Positions 12,652 to 24,689 of a stretch of DNA of 64,000 nucleotides are shown one piece after another; the stretch's first letter is position 1, and every line of letters begins with the position of its first letter. The stretch spans positions 139,748,001 through 139,812,000 of the forward strand of contig NC_042999.1 in NCBI RefSeq assembly GCF_006345805.1, in the 5' to 3' direction. Source of the DNA: Octopus sinensis. Lineage: Eukaryota. Under the pieces are notes generated by a model that did no database searches, was not told where the DNA came from, and saw nothing but the letters and a program-made list of their open reading frames with translations. The translations under genes were made by a program, and so were the position numbers.

Positions 12652-14665
12652 TACATACTTTATCACTTGCTATTTGGTATCAAAATTTGCATCTCATCTG
12701 CAACCTGGTCACTGACACAATTCCATTGTAATTCAGTGTTGCAACTGGACATCAAATGAAGACTGTTGAAACTAATAAATGATTAAATGAAGTTAACAGT
12801 TTATGCGATTCCGAATCAATGTCTTCCATGCTCTAAAATAAAATGTGTTCACAAACTTAATCTCAAGAATTTCTATGTGGAATTACATCTCTGGAAAGAC
12901 TTCCATTATACTTAAATGTATGTTGTATAATGATCTTCCTATTATATTATAATGGTGCCAAGCCCTAGGAATCTCAGACAAAAAACAAAACAATGGCATC
13001 TAGCTGTAGAAATTTTGCCAATTCAGATCAGAACCTGGTGCAGTGCCCTGGCTTACCAGTTTTCAGTCAAACTGTCCAACCCATGCTATCATGGAAAACG
13101 GACATTAAATGATGATGATGGAGATGATGATTCACTGTCAAACTGGATATTCATCTTCATGTAAAACTGAAAGTTCTGACAAGGAAAATAGAACACCAAA
13201 TACCTTTTCCAACCACATGAACATTGCCATTTAGAGCCACACAATTGCTAAGCAATGCAAAGGAGATCATTTATTTCAGTGTAAAGACCAAAACCTTTAG
13301 GTATTGAAAACAGAAAAATCAAGATATCTGAATTTGGAAAGAGGACAATGATGACAGAAAGATCAGAAATGGATATTAGGGAGGTGGAAAAAGAGTAACT
13401 GTAGGTATGTAAATGAATATCATATGCCAGAGTATAAGATGCACATGTTTATTCCTAGATGTAACAAAACACAAAAAAACTGCTGCACAATCTAATGCAA
13501 CTGTATAATACAGTTGGATAGGATACTGCATGTATGTGTATGATGAAACATTAAATTTATTTTTTCAACAAAAAAGTCTAATGTGAGAGTATTTTATACT
13601 GGTATATATGTATAGACAGACAAACAATGAGCCTCCACAGGTTGTGCACCAAATCACAAGAGGCATTGGTGAACCCAATGGCTTTTGTAAAAGACACTTG
13701 CCCAAGATGCTACATAGTCTGATCAAACTCAGAACCATGGAGCAGCAAAGTAAACTTCTTAACCACATGATTATCCTGCACATATTTGTAAAAAATTCTA
13801 AAAATTGATGCATCATAGCCATACATGAGAAGAGAGTATTTGAGTATTCGATAAGAAAATTCCTTAATAGCATCTTGAAGATGAAATTCCTTCATATATA
13901 CACACAGAACACATAACTACATGCATACCCTCCACTTTCAGCAAGTAATACAATGCCACAATGAGAGTCACCAAGATTAGTTACCTTAAATATAAAAAAG
14001 GGGCCACCTCAATTTACAAAAGTCAATGAAAAAAACTGTGGCAGAATGGAATCAAATGTGTTTACTAGATACACATCACCAGGTCAAGTCATGATCAATA
14101 AAGAATGTCTGCTACAGAAATTAAGGTGAACAATGGTGCAGCTGGACACCAGTTTTGTATGTTAAATGGTTATCACACTTCAGAAATCACCAATATAATA
14201 AGTATAATAGTATTCCACATGATGTTTGATATTTTTCGCACAGCAAGCTATCAATATGTTGGCCCATTGGAACAGCCCAGCAAAAGTAATAGAATGACCC
14301 TCAACTAAATTTGCAACACTGAATTCTTTTATCCTGGAGCAACTATTAAAAGAGCAATCAGAAAACTCATTCTAGCACCGAGAGAGCTTCTATAAATTAT
14401 GTAGCTCAAACTTCATGCTAGGAAGAGTCAGGGTATGTGTGTGTGAGAGTAAATGTGGTTTAGTGGTTAGTGTGTTGCAACCATGGTTATATAACCCTGG
14501 ACTAGGCAGTGTGCTGTGTTAATGAGCAAAACACCTAATTTTATGTTGCTCCAGTTCGCTCAGCTGGCAAAAGTGAGCAATCCTGCAGTGGATAGGTGTC
14601 CTGCTCAGGGGGTGATTAGAATCAAGGAAATTAGCCAGATCTTTAGATCTTATTGTATGTATATA

Positions 14666-14826
14666 CAGGGTTGGCCAAAAGTCACCCAATAGCAAATCAA
14701 AATTTCATAAATACTATCTGTAATTCTGTATTGACTCGAATAGAAAAATGTGTTGCTCGAGACGGACTTCAGTTTGTGGAATTAAATGGTTTTGAGTTAC
14801 TGTCAGGTGACTTTTGGTCAGCCCTG
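14666..14826 (+). mobile_element. 161-bp non-autonomous Tc1/mariner deletion derivative
   Basis: TIRs CAGGGTTGGCCAAAAGTCAC / GTGACTTTTGGTCAGCCCTG with TA on both sides. The interior translates to ICNSVLTRIEKCVARDGLQF, resembling a transposase C-terminus. Confidence 0.82.
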
Positions 14827-16387
14827 TATAATTTTGTACAAACTTTTATTTGTCAAATTAACAAAACAAAATAACCTCAGATCAAAGTAAAAAAGTTTGA
14901 CTTCTGAGATGTACATATTGTGTGAAAAATATGCATTTAAGAAGTTACACCATTTAACCTGGCCATATCTGGCCAAAATATTGTTTTATGTTCAAATTTG
15001 ATAGATCTGACCTCTCACACCAACCATACAATGTCATTCTAAAAATAAGCATTCACACCAGCAAAATGTAGACAATATGACATAAAGCATGATTAATTTA
15101 AAACAATGTAAACAAATAAGCATTGCATTTGATAGAAGTTATCCATACGCTGAAGGGTTAAAACATGATTCAGTTACAAAGCAAATATGGAAACTTATGT
15201 TCCAACTAGTCCAAATAAATTTCATGAATGAAATTAATTTTTACTCAATAATAAACCAGATAAAAATCATTTCACTCCTATGCAAAAATGTGAGTATAGT
15301 CAATAGTTAACTAATTGAAGGGAGGTAATCCTCAGCGCAATTCTCTGGACAATAAAGTTTGAAGTTAATTTTCATCCAAATTTCCTAGATAAGTATATCC
15401 TTTATACAGAACTTAAAAAAACAAAATATTTCACATCTAACAGAGTGGTTGATTCAACAAGCTCTTCAATCGCTTAAGATAGCATTTACTTTTACACAAG
15501 CTAGAATCTTGTTGCCAACAGTTCTACATGCTAATTCTATATATCCCAAAAGACAAAATTTAACAGCAAGCTCATAAATAGCTTGACACAAGGCTCTAAG
15601 ATATGGCTCCTTCATCTATTGATTACAACTGAAAAATGCAGGCATATGGAAGAAGTTAGATGAAATGGCTCAATATGAAATAAAATGCCCAAGACTCAGC
15701 TGATAGCTAGTAAATAGCCAGATATATCAATAATCACATTCTTTTCCCCTTTCTGCAAGACATTTTATACACACCATAGCTTTCTCATATGACTACAGAT
15801 CAGGGGATTGTGTTAAAAATCCTCTCAATCAACATGTAAAATGGCTACAAGCATTTTATTAGAAATAATAGCACCTACATTGAAAATAGTTCCAATAAAA
15901 TACAAACAGATGAAATAAGATCTAAGAGATTGATAACTTGCTAGAAAAAGCAGTCCTATTTCCTTCAAACCATATTCACCACCTTAAGATGGCTATGAGG
16001 CAATGCCATTGATTGATTATAGGTCTGCTCAATCAGTCTAATTTGGGATTAAACTTCAATCAAAATCATATATTTTTGCAAGGTTTCTTTTAAGTGACTG
16101 TTATCCATGCTAATATTAGAAATTTTTATATGAAATGAGGTTACAGCCCAAAAGAGGTTAATGGAAAAGGATTATTATTAATTTTGCAGAATACAGTAGT
16201 AATGTTTTAATTAATTTTGCACTGTAATATCTCAGATATACAAAGGTTTCATAGTTTGTTTTATGAAAATTAAATCCCAAAATACAACAAATATCTTTTC
16301 AACAAACTTATCTCCAATTTTTAAAACACTTAAGTATTCTGGGCACACAAGGAGTAAAAGTGTATTAGTTTGCTATTATCTTATACA

Positions 16388-16388
16388 G

Positions 16389-16428
<40 letters not shown>
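16388..16428 (+). repeat. Poly-A tract of about 40 nt
   Basis: Read directly from the sequence; it lies next to the LINE relic. Confidence 0.9.
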
Positions 16429-16432
<4 letters not shown>

Positions 16433-16479
16433 AGCAAAAATTGAAAGTAATTTTTTTCTAACTTGCTGAGTCTGGAGAA

Positions 16480-17620
16480 TGGGGCAGAGCCTAAGTCTCT
16501 CACAGGCCTTTTGAGATTGGTGAAATTGATTGTTAATGTTCTGTTTAAACTGTTGCAAATCAATATTTACAAGAAAGATGTGAGCAAAGAGGAGATGCCA
16601 GAGAGCCAATGTTCAAAGGAAGGATTCGGATTTATGGTTAGTGACAAGGATGGAAACAAGTGGGTCAGGAGCACCTAAGTAGTGGAGGTATGAGAGCAGC
16701 TGGCTCTCAGAAGCAGAGACCATTACAATAGCAATAGAAAGACAGTCTACTTATGTGCCAGAGGCTGTAATGTACTTATAAGTGTTGAATAGCTCTTTCC
16801 TGGCTGTGGCCCAGGGCGTCAGTGTGCATAGTTGCTGCTTTGTCCCAAATGGGGGCATAGTACTCCATTGTGAGCCTAACTTGAGCTTGTAGAATATTGG
16901 CAGCTTTTAAGGAATGAAATATTTTCTAGCCCTAAAGAGCAGGACTCATTTTTGGGATGTGGTCTTAGCTATGCCAGAGATATACTCTTTCCAGAAGATG
17001 ACAGTGACACATAGTGAGGAGCTGTAGCTGAGTGATTAGCAGGAGTTCAATGGTGTTTTCTTGATATGCATAGTGCTTGAGTTTTCTGTTGTTAAAATAA
17101 AAAAGGTTGGCATGGTATCACTAGAGGATGCCCTCAAAGTGGAGCCAATGCAGATTTGGTATATGGTGTCTAGGATGCATGTAGATGATGTATTGTTATG
17201 AAAGGTTAGGAAGGAATAAATGGTCATGTCATCTGGGCATAAGAATGGGCATGGCTGGATGGTGTGGCATTGATATAAAGAAGAATATGTGGAACCTTGC
17301 TGTATTGGTGCAATCGAATATGAAATTACTGATCCAATAGATGGGAAGTTTCAACAGTGTTGCATGCCAGACATGGTCAAAGGCTTTACTGATGCCTAGA
17401 GCAATGATACTGATTTTGCTAAACTTCTTTAAAGCGAGACTCAACAGGTGAATGACATGACACTAAAGGTGATGAATGTCTCTATTACATAGATGTTGTA
17501 AGTGAGAGCAATGGGGCAACTGTTGGCTTGGTTAGAGGAAATGCCTTTCTTTGGGAAGGGATGTACAGAAGCATGCTTTCAATGACAAATGTCATGGTGT
17601 AGTCCCCTATACAAGTTACT
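16480..17620 (-). mobile_element. Decayed LINE ORF2 (reverse transcriptase, 3' part)
   Basis: IIALGISKAFDHVWHATLLKL corresponds to the RT motif ALDxSKAFDRVWH; stops and frameshifts are present. Homologous to 62760-63290. Confidence 0.75.
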
Positions 17621-18683
17621 CTTCAGTTTACTTTAAATAGCATTCTTTTTAAATATTAAATATCTTTAAGAATAATATATTAATTTTGATTAAATGAACA
17701 TTACATATGTAGTGTTCAAAAAGAACAGGATTCTTTTTTTTTTTAGATTGATTGAGGCAAAGGCATAAAAAGTCTGCTTCCCTCATGCTGTGTTACAAGT
17801 GTCTTTTACTATTAGCCAATCAAAGCAATGAGTGGATTTTTGTAGATGGAAACTAAAAAGAAACTCATTGTGTGTATTTATGTGTCTATGTGTTTAGTCT
17901 TCCAGCCTTGGCATTGTGATAGTTGTGAGTCTTACAACCATGCAGTCCTTCATTTCATATCTTCCAAGACATGTCAGATTATGGGGAAATGCTACCTACT
18001 TTGAAAAATAAAAGGTGATGGTTGGTGACTGGAAGGGCATCCAGCCACAGAAAATCTAGCTCAACAAATTATGTCTGACCCAACTGAGCATGGAAAAATA
18101 GAGGTTAAAGTTCTAGCTAAGTAAAAAACACGGCAATTCCAATTTTGAATGCTTGCAAAACATAGGAGGAGTAAAATAGTACAATAGGAAAATTAAAAGA
18201 AGTTTTGGAGAAATCACCTGTGCATAGCATGAAAGTTAAGACACCCTGAAATTGACTAGGAGATATAAAGAAACCAATGTCAGCTTCAATGGAGTTGTTA
18301 TAGTAGATTTCAAAGCTGTTGAGGGGATTAGAGGTCAAGTAAACTGAATATATCTACACTTCTCTTGATGTGTGGATGATATTTTAAGTTGGGAAATAAG
18401 ATGTAAGTTATTAAACATTATGTACAATGTTACTACCATATATTTATTAGTGTTTATTTTCCCCCATAACTTTAAGTTTTGTACCTTGAAGAATTTACCA
18501 GATGATATAGAAGAAATGTTAGCATGAAACTGCAGGTAATGAAAGCAGTCAACTCATCAAACACTTACTCCCTACAAGCTGAATATTTGCTTGTACTCTT
18601 AGTATTACTTGTACACTATACTTTGCATGGGTGTGCATACACACATACAATGTTCAAATGAAGTTAAATAAAAACAAACTTAC

Positions 18684-18779
18684 ATCTATGTATCCACCTG
18701 AGGAATGGAGAACATTCATTGGTCTGACTGGTAGAGGATCAGGGTGGTCTCGTGTAGGTCCATTGCCACCAACAAAATG
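18684..18779 (-). CDS. Internal 96-bp exon completing the split THAP domains (HFVGGNGPTRDHPDPLPVRPMNVLHSSGGYID)
   Basis: Acceptor cttattttctttcactccag|CAT and donor GAT|GTAAGT give a phase 0-0 exon of 32 codons. It starts with the His-Phe missing from the four exons ending CSK/CTK. It is too short to appear in the ORF track. Confidence 0.85.
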
Positions 18780-19378
18780 CTGGAGTGAAAGAAAATAAGA
18801 TTTGATATTAGAACATAAGGTAATATGTTAGGTTTCAAAAATTTATCAGAATATATAAAGAAATTTTAGAATGAAGCATCATGGAAATAATAAGTAGTCA
18901 ATTGAGACATACACCTACCCACTACTAGATGTAGAGTATTCGTGCTATATTACTTGCAAACTAAACTTTGTGTATGTGTCTGTGAGTTGACTACTTCCAT
19001 TATCTGAAGCTTCATGTTAAAATTTCATCACAGAAAATCAATGTCCAATGTTGCCTTAAAATTAAAAAAAATCTATGGAACTATGAAGTTATTTGATTAT
19101 CAGTTTCCCTGGAGGTCATTTGTGGCTGCCACTTAACAGGTCAAAACTGAACTGGTGCCACTAGCAGTTAATTCCTGGTGTACAGCACACTCAGATATAA
19201 AACAGTGCTGTTGGTAATTAATTAGTTAAGACAAGCAAATAGTGAAAGTAATACAGTAATAAAATTAAATAAGGATTATTATTATTATAACGCCCTTTTG
19301 TTGATATTAGCATTGGATTCTATATACAACCACTTATTGCCCTATTCTTTTAAGATCTGTTGACATGGTGCTATTTGA

Positions 19379-20348
19379 AATCGCATATTTCTTACTGCAT
19401 TTTACTGTGGTATGGAAATATCTAGCAAACAACACATTTTCATCCAGCATTTATTGTTCACATTACCACCCTTACATATATTTCAGCTCTTTAATGCCCT
19501 ACTTCAGTTCATTGGCACTTCTGCTTTTCATGCAGGTAGAACATTATTCAACAAACCCCATCAGAACTTTTCCACATTCACTGTTCTATGGCTACCACAC
19601 ACATTAACATATACTCCATGCAATCTACTTTTATTGTAAATACAGAAAGTATAATTTTAGCATGTAAGTTATATGCCTTTTATTTTTGAAATTTCTATTA
19701 AGAATTTACTTTAAGAGTGCATAATGACATCTCTCACCCAAACAACCCAGCTACAAAGAAATGCTTACCAACCACATGGTTTGGGTTCAGTCCCACTGCG
19801 TGGCACCTTGGGCAAGTGTCTGCTATAGCCTTGGGCTGACCAAAGCCTTGTGAGCGGATTTGGTAGATGGAAACTGAAAGCAGCCCGTCGTATATATATA
19901 TATATAGCAGACACTTGCCCAAGGTGCCACGCAGTGGGACTGAACCCAAACCATGTGGTTGGTAAGCATTTCTTTGTAGCTGGGTTGTTTGGGTGAGAGA
20001 TGTCATTATGCACTCTTAAAGTAAATTCTTAATAGAAATTTCAAAAATAAAAGGCATATAACTTACATGCTAAAATTATACTTTCTGTATTTACAATAAA
20101 AGTAGATTGCATGGAGTATATGTTAATGTGTGTGGTAGCCATAGAACAGTGAATGTGGAAAAGTTCTGATGGGGTTTGTTGAATAATGTTCTACTTGCAT
20201 GAAAAGCAGAAGTGCCAATGAACTGAAGTAGGGCATTAAAGAGCTGAAATATATGTAAGGGTGGTAATGTGAACAATAAATGCTGGATGAAAATGTGTTG
20301 TTTGCTAGATATTTCCATACCACAGTAAAATGCAGTAAGAAATATGCG

Positions 20349-20351
<3 letters not shown>
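19379..20351. repeat. Near-perfect 449-bp inverted duplication (arms 19379-19827 and 19903-20351, 75-bp spacer)
   Basis: The arms are reverse complements with one mismatch noticed. The mirrored ORFs 19412-19639(+) and 20091-20318(-) differ only as HAGR vs HASR. Confidence 0.93.
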
Positions 20352-20395
<44 letters not shown>

Positions 20396-20606
20396 GTATG
20401 TATGTATTTGTGTACACGTTTGTTCCTCCACCATCACTTGACAACCGATGCTGGTGTGTTTACGTCCCCGTAACTTAGCGGTTCGGTAAAAAGAAACCAA
20501 TACAATAAGTACTAGGCTTACAAAGAATAAGTCCTGGAGTCAATTTGCTCGACTAAAGGTGGTGCTCCAGCATGACAGCAGTCAAATGACAAACAAGTAA
20601 AAGAAA
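19756..20606 (+). mobile_element. Same SINE family, split at its (TA)n linker by the inverted duplication
   Basis: The 5' half (19756-19902) and 3' half (about 20395-20606) both align to 30030-30422. Confidence 0.8.
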
Positions 20607-20826
20607 GTCAAGCTGAAAGGTTGTATTAATAAGAGAGAAGGTGGGCATGAGAACCTAGTATCTGGATATGTAGTGTCCACGTACCTGCTTATACATACAC
20701 ACACACAGGCAATTATGTGAATAAACAAATTGGATGTATCAACTATATTAGTTTGGAAATGAAATATGAAGTATGTATACATGCATAACAAGAGAAAGCA
20801 GAAGATAGATACTTTCAGATAATGAA

Positions 20827-20827
<1 letters not shown>

Positions 20828-20869
<42 letters not shown>

Positions 20870-20880
20870 ATATATATATA
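20828..20880. repeat. (TA)n microsatellite; others at about 20352-20395 and 40915-40965
   Basis: Read directly from the sequence. Confidence 0.9.
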
Positions 20881-22770
20881 GGTCCAAGTTACAGAGTACA
20901 AACAACAAAGAAAATTTAAAAAAAGTTTTTGAAGTCCAACAGCGGGGACTCAGAGATCCATAATATTGTTGGTAGATTTAGTTCATTACATGCAGCTGTA
21001 TGGATGCAATTAACATCACTTTACAAGTTTTATTTTTCAAGCTCAAGATCTAAATTAAGTGCAAAAATTTCTACTACCACAAATGTTCCGGTGTATTACT
21101 GAGAAATTTATATAAAGCGAAAAAAAGCTTCTACGCAAACAATTCTAGACTTGTTATTTAAAAAGAAATCTACATGTCTGTCTAAGAGTGCTTGTTGAAT
21201 TGGCAATCGTGTCTACAAGTGATGGTGGCATGAGTCTAGTGCAAGTGAAATTGATTCAGAAAATGATTATAATAATAATATTTTTTATTATAAATGATCT
21301 TGATATTCTTTTGACTTTACATAAAATATTCTTTACATTCTACTGTTGTTTTATTGCCATTTATCTATCAGTATTATAAATTTTACAGATAAAATATTTT
21401 TTTCTGGAAAATTATTGTTCTGCTTTATGTGTTTTAGTTTTACAAGCTATCTCTGGGAAAATATTAACTTGTATATCAAGGCATAACTGTATAAATAGAC
21501 ACATGGCCATATGAACAGAGTTAACTTCATAATATGTTCTCAGGATCTATTTAAGTGGCAACTTGGGCAAATGTCTTGTACTACAGCTGCAGGTCAACTA
21601 ATGACTTGTGAGAGAAATTGGAAAATGGAAACAGTAGGGATGCCTGTTGTGAGTGTGGATGTTTATATTCCTAGTTAACAATATGACATGTTTTCAAAGA
21701 TCATTGGAATGAAAAAAATACCTGAATTTAAATCAGGTAATGGTTGGGAACTGGAAGAGTTGAGTTAATAAAAAAAAATTGCTCCAGTCCTTAATAGAAT
21801 CCATTGAATCTGATTATATGCGTTTGTTTAGCCCTAAGTCATGACTGGGTGTCCCATGTCCTCCATACATTCTTAAAATGGTAGGGTGTGATTTGAAAGA
21901 ACATCTGCTATTTAATTAGTTAAGCCAAGCAACTAACTGCACAGAGCTCCTTGTTTAGCCCCAAGTCATGTTTGGTCGGATTGATCAATGGTGAAAGACA
22001 GGTTGTCTGTTTTTATTTCATCAGGTATTGATTCCAAGAGTTGATGAACCTGATCACAAGTGTAACTTCAAAGTCAGATTTCACTGTCAATCTTTTCTTT
22101 GTAAGCATAAGTTTTAAGCTCTATATATATTTAGAATTGTTTCAGTTAACGTTTGAACGTCTTGCTAAGTCATTATGTGCCAGAAGACATGACTAGATGT
22201 ACACACACACACAACAATAATATATAAATACGTACGAAATATGTATGTGTGCATATACTGTTCTAACAGTCGATAATAGAAAGTGGAACCCTTCTTATTT
22301 TGGAATAAATCCATGGGCAGTTTAATATTTAATTCAATGTTATTGTGTACATAAGTATTTGTGCATTCTAATCCACATTGCTGGAAAAGTATAAACATTG
22401 AAATTTTTTTTTAAGAAACATAATTCTTGAAAAAAATGCTTTAGTAGTAAAAAAGTTCGAATAACGATTTCTGATGTATAACAAAGCATGTGGATAACAT
22501 CTACCTTTCCCTTCACTGTTTTCTTTTTGACAAACTCAAGACGACCTTTTTAAAGTAAGCTATCATCAGATACGTAATACATGCCATCGAATTATTTTTG
22601 AAATATATCATAGAAAATAACAAAAAAGTCCATACATTGCAAATGAAGAAAATTAAACAGATTTAAGTTAATTTAGAATTAAGTAGCCTTTAAAGATGTA
22701 ATGAATGTAATAAACAAGTTTGATACAATATTATATATATATTATATATGTGTATGTGTGAATTACTTAC

Positions 22771-22947
22771 TAAGAAGGAATAACAAGGTTTTTTATAATG
22801 ACGAGCGAGTGTGGCTTTAGGGATTGCGAACTTCTTAGCAGCTTTTCTAATACTGAGACTTCCAGACAGTACTGCTGATACGGCAGAAACCATCTGGCTA
22901 GATGACCACTTCCCATTGTCTGTTTTCCGGACATACGACTGAACCAT
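22771..22947 (-). CDS. Variable first coding exon V7: pipsqueak-type HTH (59 codons)
   Basis: MVQSYVRKTDNGKWSSSQMVSAVSAVLSGSLSIRKAAKKFAIPKATLARH matches the HTH_psq of pogo-like transposases. Donor TTA|GTAAGT after 22771 is phase 0. Upstream acceptor at 23000-23001. Confidence 0.82.
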
Positions 22948-23670
22948 AATTGACTTCCAAAATTTCCAACAACAAATTTCTTCAGTAAGCCACTTTACAC
23001 TGAACAACTCAATCTTTTTATCATACTATACTTAGAAATAGCATTCGTTACCTTTCCATTTAATTTTATTAATACAGCAATCGATTTCATACGAAGTGCG
23101 GTAAAAACTATTTACAATAGTATTTTTACACTAAGCATTCTTCGATTCTTAAGTATGGAATACTAATAAAAATAAATACAAGAAAACGAACGCAAATTCT
23201 TTAACTATTTATTTTCTCCGCAGGGCCTTAATGTTTGTTTACAGACACGTCAGACGTGATCGAATAACGAATTTTTTTTAACAATCAGTCTTTTAAGAGG
23301 ATCATATCTTCAATATAAGCACAGAAAACTGTTAAGTTTTAGTTACATTAGATCTGACCATATAATAGATATGTTGACAATATAAAAATACAAGCCCCGC
23401 ATTAGGTGAAATCGTCGATTTTCAGAGTGTCTCTATGAAACAGACAGTCGGCCATTTTGTAAATCACAATTAAATAAACAACGTTACGTTTCCTTTGAGT
23501 ATCTGACATGAATTCTTCCAGATAAATTCACAAATCCAATAATATACATAAAAAAAAAAAAACTAGTTCTAAATATATAAAAAAAAAGCAAATGAAATAT
23601 TAAAAACTACGAAACACAGACAACCGCCACCGTGTCATCCACAGAGAAGACTTCCATAATAACGTTAAAG

Positions 23671-23684
23671 ATTCTCGCGAGAAT
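23671..23684. promoter_or_regulatory. Palindrome ATTCTCGCGAGAAT containing the TCTCGCGAGA (BANP/ZBTB33-associated) CpG-island motif, upstream of V7
   Basis: Perfect 14-bp palindrome read directly from the sequence. Confidence 0.45.
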
Positions 23685-23967
23685 TTGCCGAGATGTTGCA
23701 AAGCAACAAACTACTATTGAGAAAACATTGAAAGTTCAAGGAGGAGGGGAAGAGAGCCTGGCCACTCGATTTCGATTCTAATTTGGAGTCATTTTACTTT
23801 CATCTATGTTAATAACAACCTAAAAATGTTCCAGCCTATTCCTAATTTTTCTCTTAAAGAACAGTTTAGATAGAAATAGAAAGAAATATAAAAAGGTTAA
23901 TGAGTGTGGGCGCACGAAAAAGTAGCCTGGATTCAGTAGCGTAGTGTATATAGAGAATTGATTTTAC

Positions 23968-24357
23968 TCGCTTGTTCTTGTCATCCACTTTTAATTGCTG
24001 TACACATGTGAAATGAGTTGGATCCAACTTTAGACTTTTCAACACCCGCTGGCATGTCCTCCTGCTTATGTGAGACTCCTGCGCCAATTTACGTGTTGAC
24101 TTGTTTGGACTTCGAGTAATCCTTCGGCGAACCTCCTGAATAACTTCCGGCGTTCGAACTGTAGGGTCTCTTGGTTTGGGGGCGTTGTGCACTGACCCCG
24201 TAGCGCGCCACTTCTTAACCAACATTTGTATCGTTCTTTTTGCCGGTAAGCCTTTACCCGGAAACTTAACTTCAAAAATTTCACGCGTTTGCTTAACAGA
24301 ACCCGTTCTCACATACGTTTTCACAATCTCCATCCTTTCTGCTATTGAGTACGTCAT
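23968..24357 (-). CDS. Variable first coding exon V8: DUF4817-like plus second HTH of Tc1/mariner-type transposase, no catalytic domain (about 130 codons)
   Basis: MTYSIAERMEIVKTY..F..KFP..P.KRTI..LVKKWRATGSV..R..VRTPEVI..SPNKSTRKLAQE..ISRRTCQRVLK. Similarity ends where the catalytic region would start. Putative donor CGA|GTAAAA after 23968 is phase 0 but weak, so the 3' boundary is less certain. Confidence 0.78.
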
Positions 24358-24474
24358 TTTGCAGAAAAAAACCAGAGATGTCAACTCAACGCAACCATAC
24401 AATCAACTAATGTGGTGGGGATAACGTAGCAAACAGTCGACTAGTACGCCATCTTTGATCAGCAGTTACACGCG

Positions 24475-24689
24475 GTCGAAATAACACAATGACACATGCA
24501 AACGAAAGGCCGAATGCTTTTTTTGCTTGGGTAAATTTATTTCTGTATTCACACTATGCTACGGAACCCAGGCTAATTTTTCAGTCGAAATAACACAACG
24601 GCACTTGCAAACGAAAAGCTGGATATTTTTCACATGTTTTATTTTATTTTTGTATTTACACTACGCTACAAAATCCGGGCTACTTTTTC
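24475..24689. repeat. Diverged tandem duplication, unit about 109 bp, upstream of V8
   Basis: GTCGAAATAACACAA..TGCAAACGAAA..ACACTA.GCTAC..GGCTA.TTTTTC begins at 24475 and again at 24584. Confidence 0.8.

Noticed and set aside
16263-16609. Poly-K and poly-F ORFs
   Set aside because: Translations of the poly-A tract.
19365-20500. Pairs of near-identical ORFs on opposite strands
   Set aside because: A by-product of the inverted duplication and SINE sequence.
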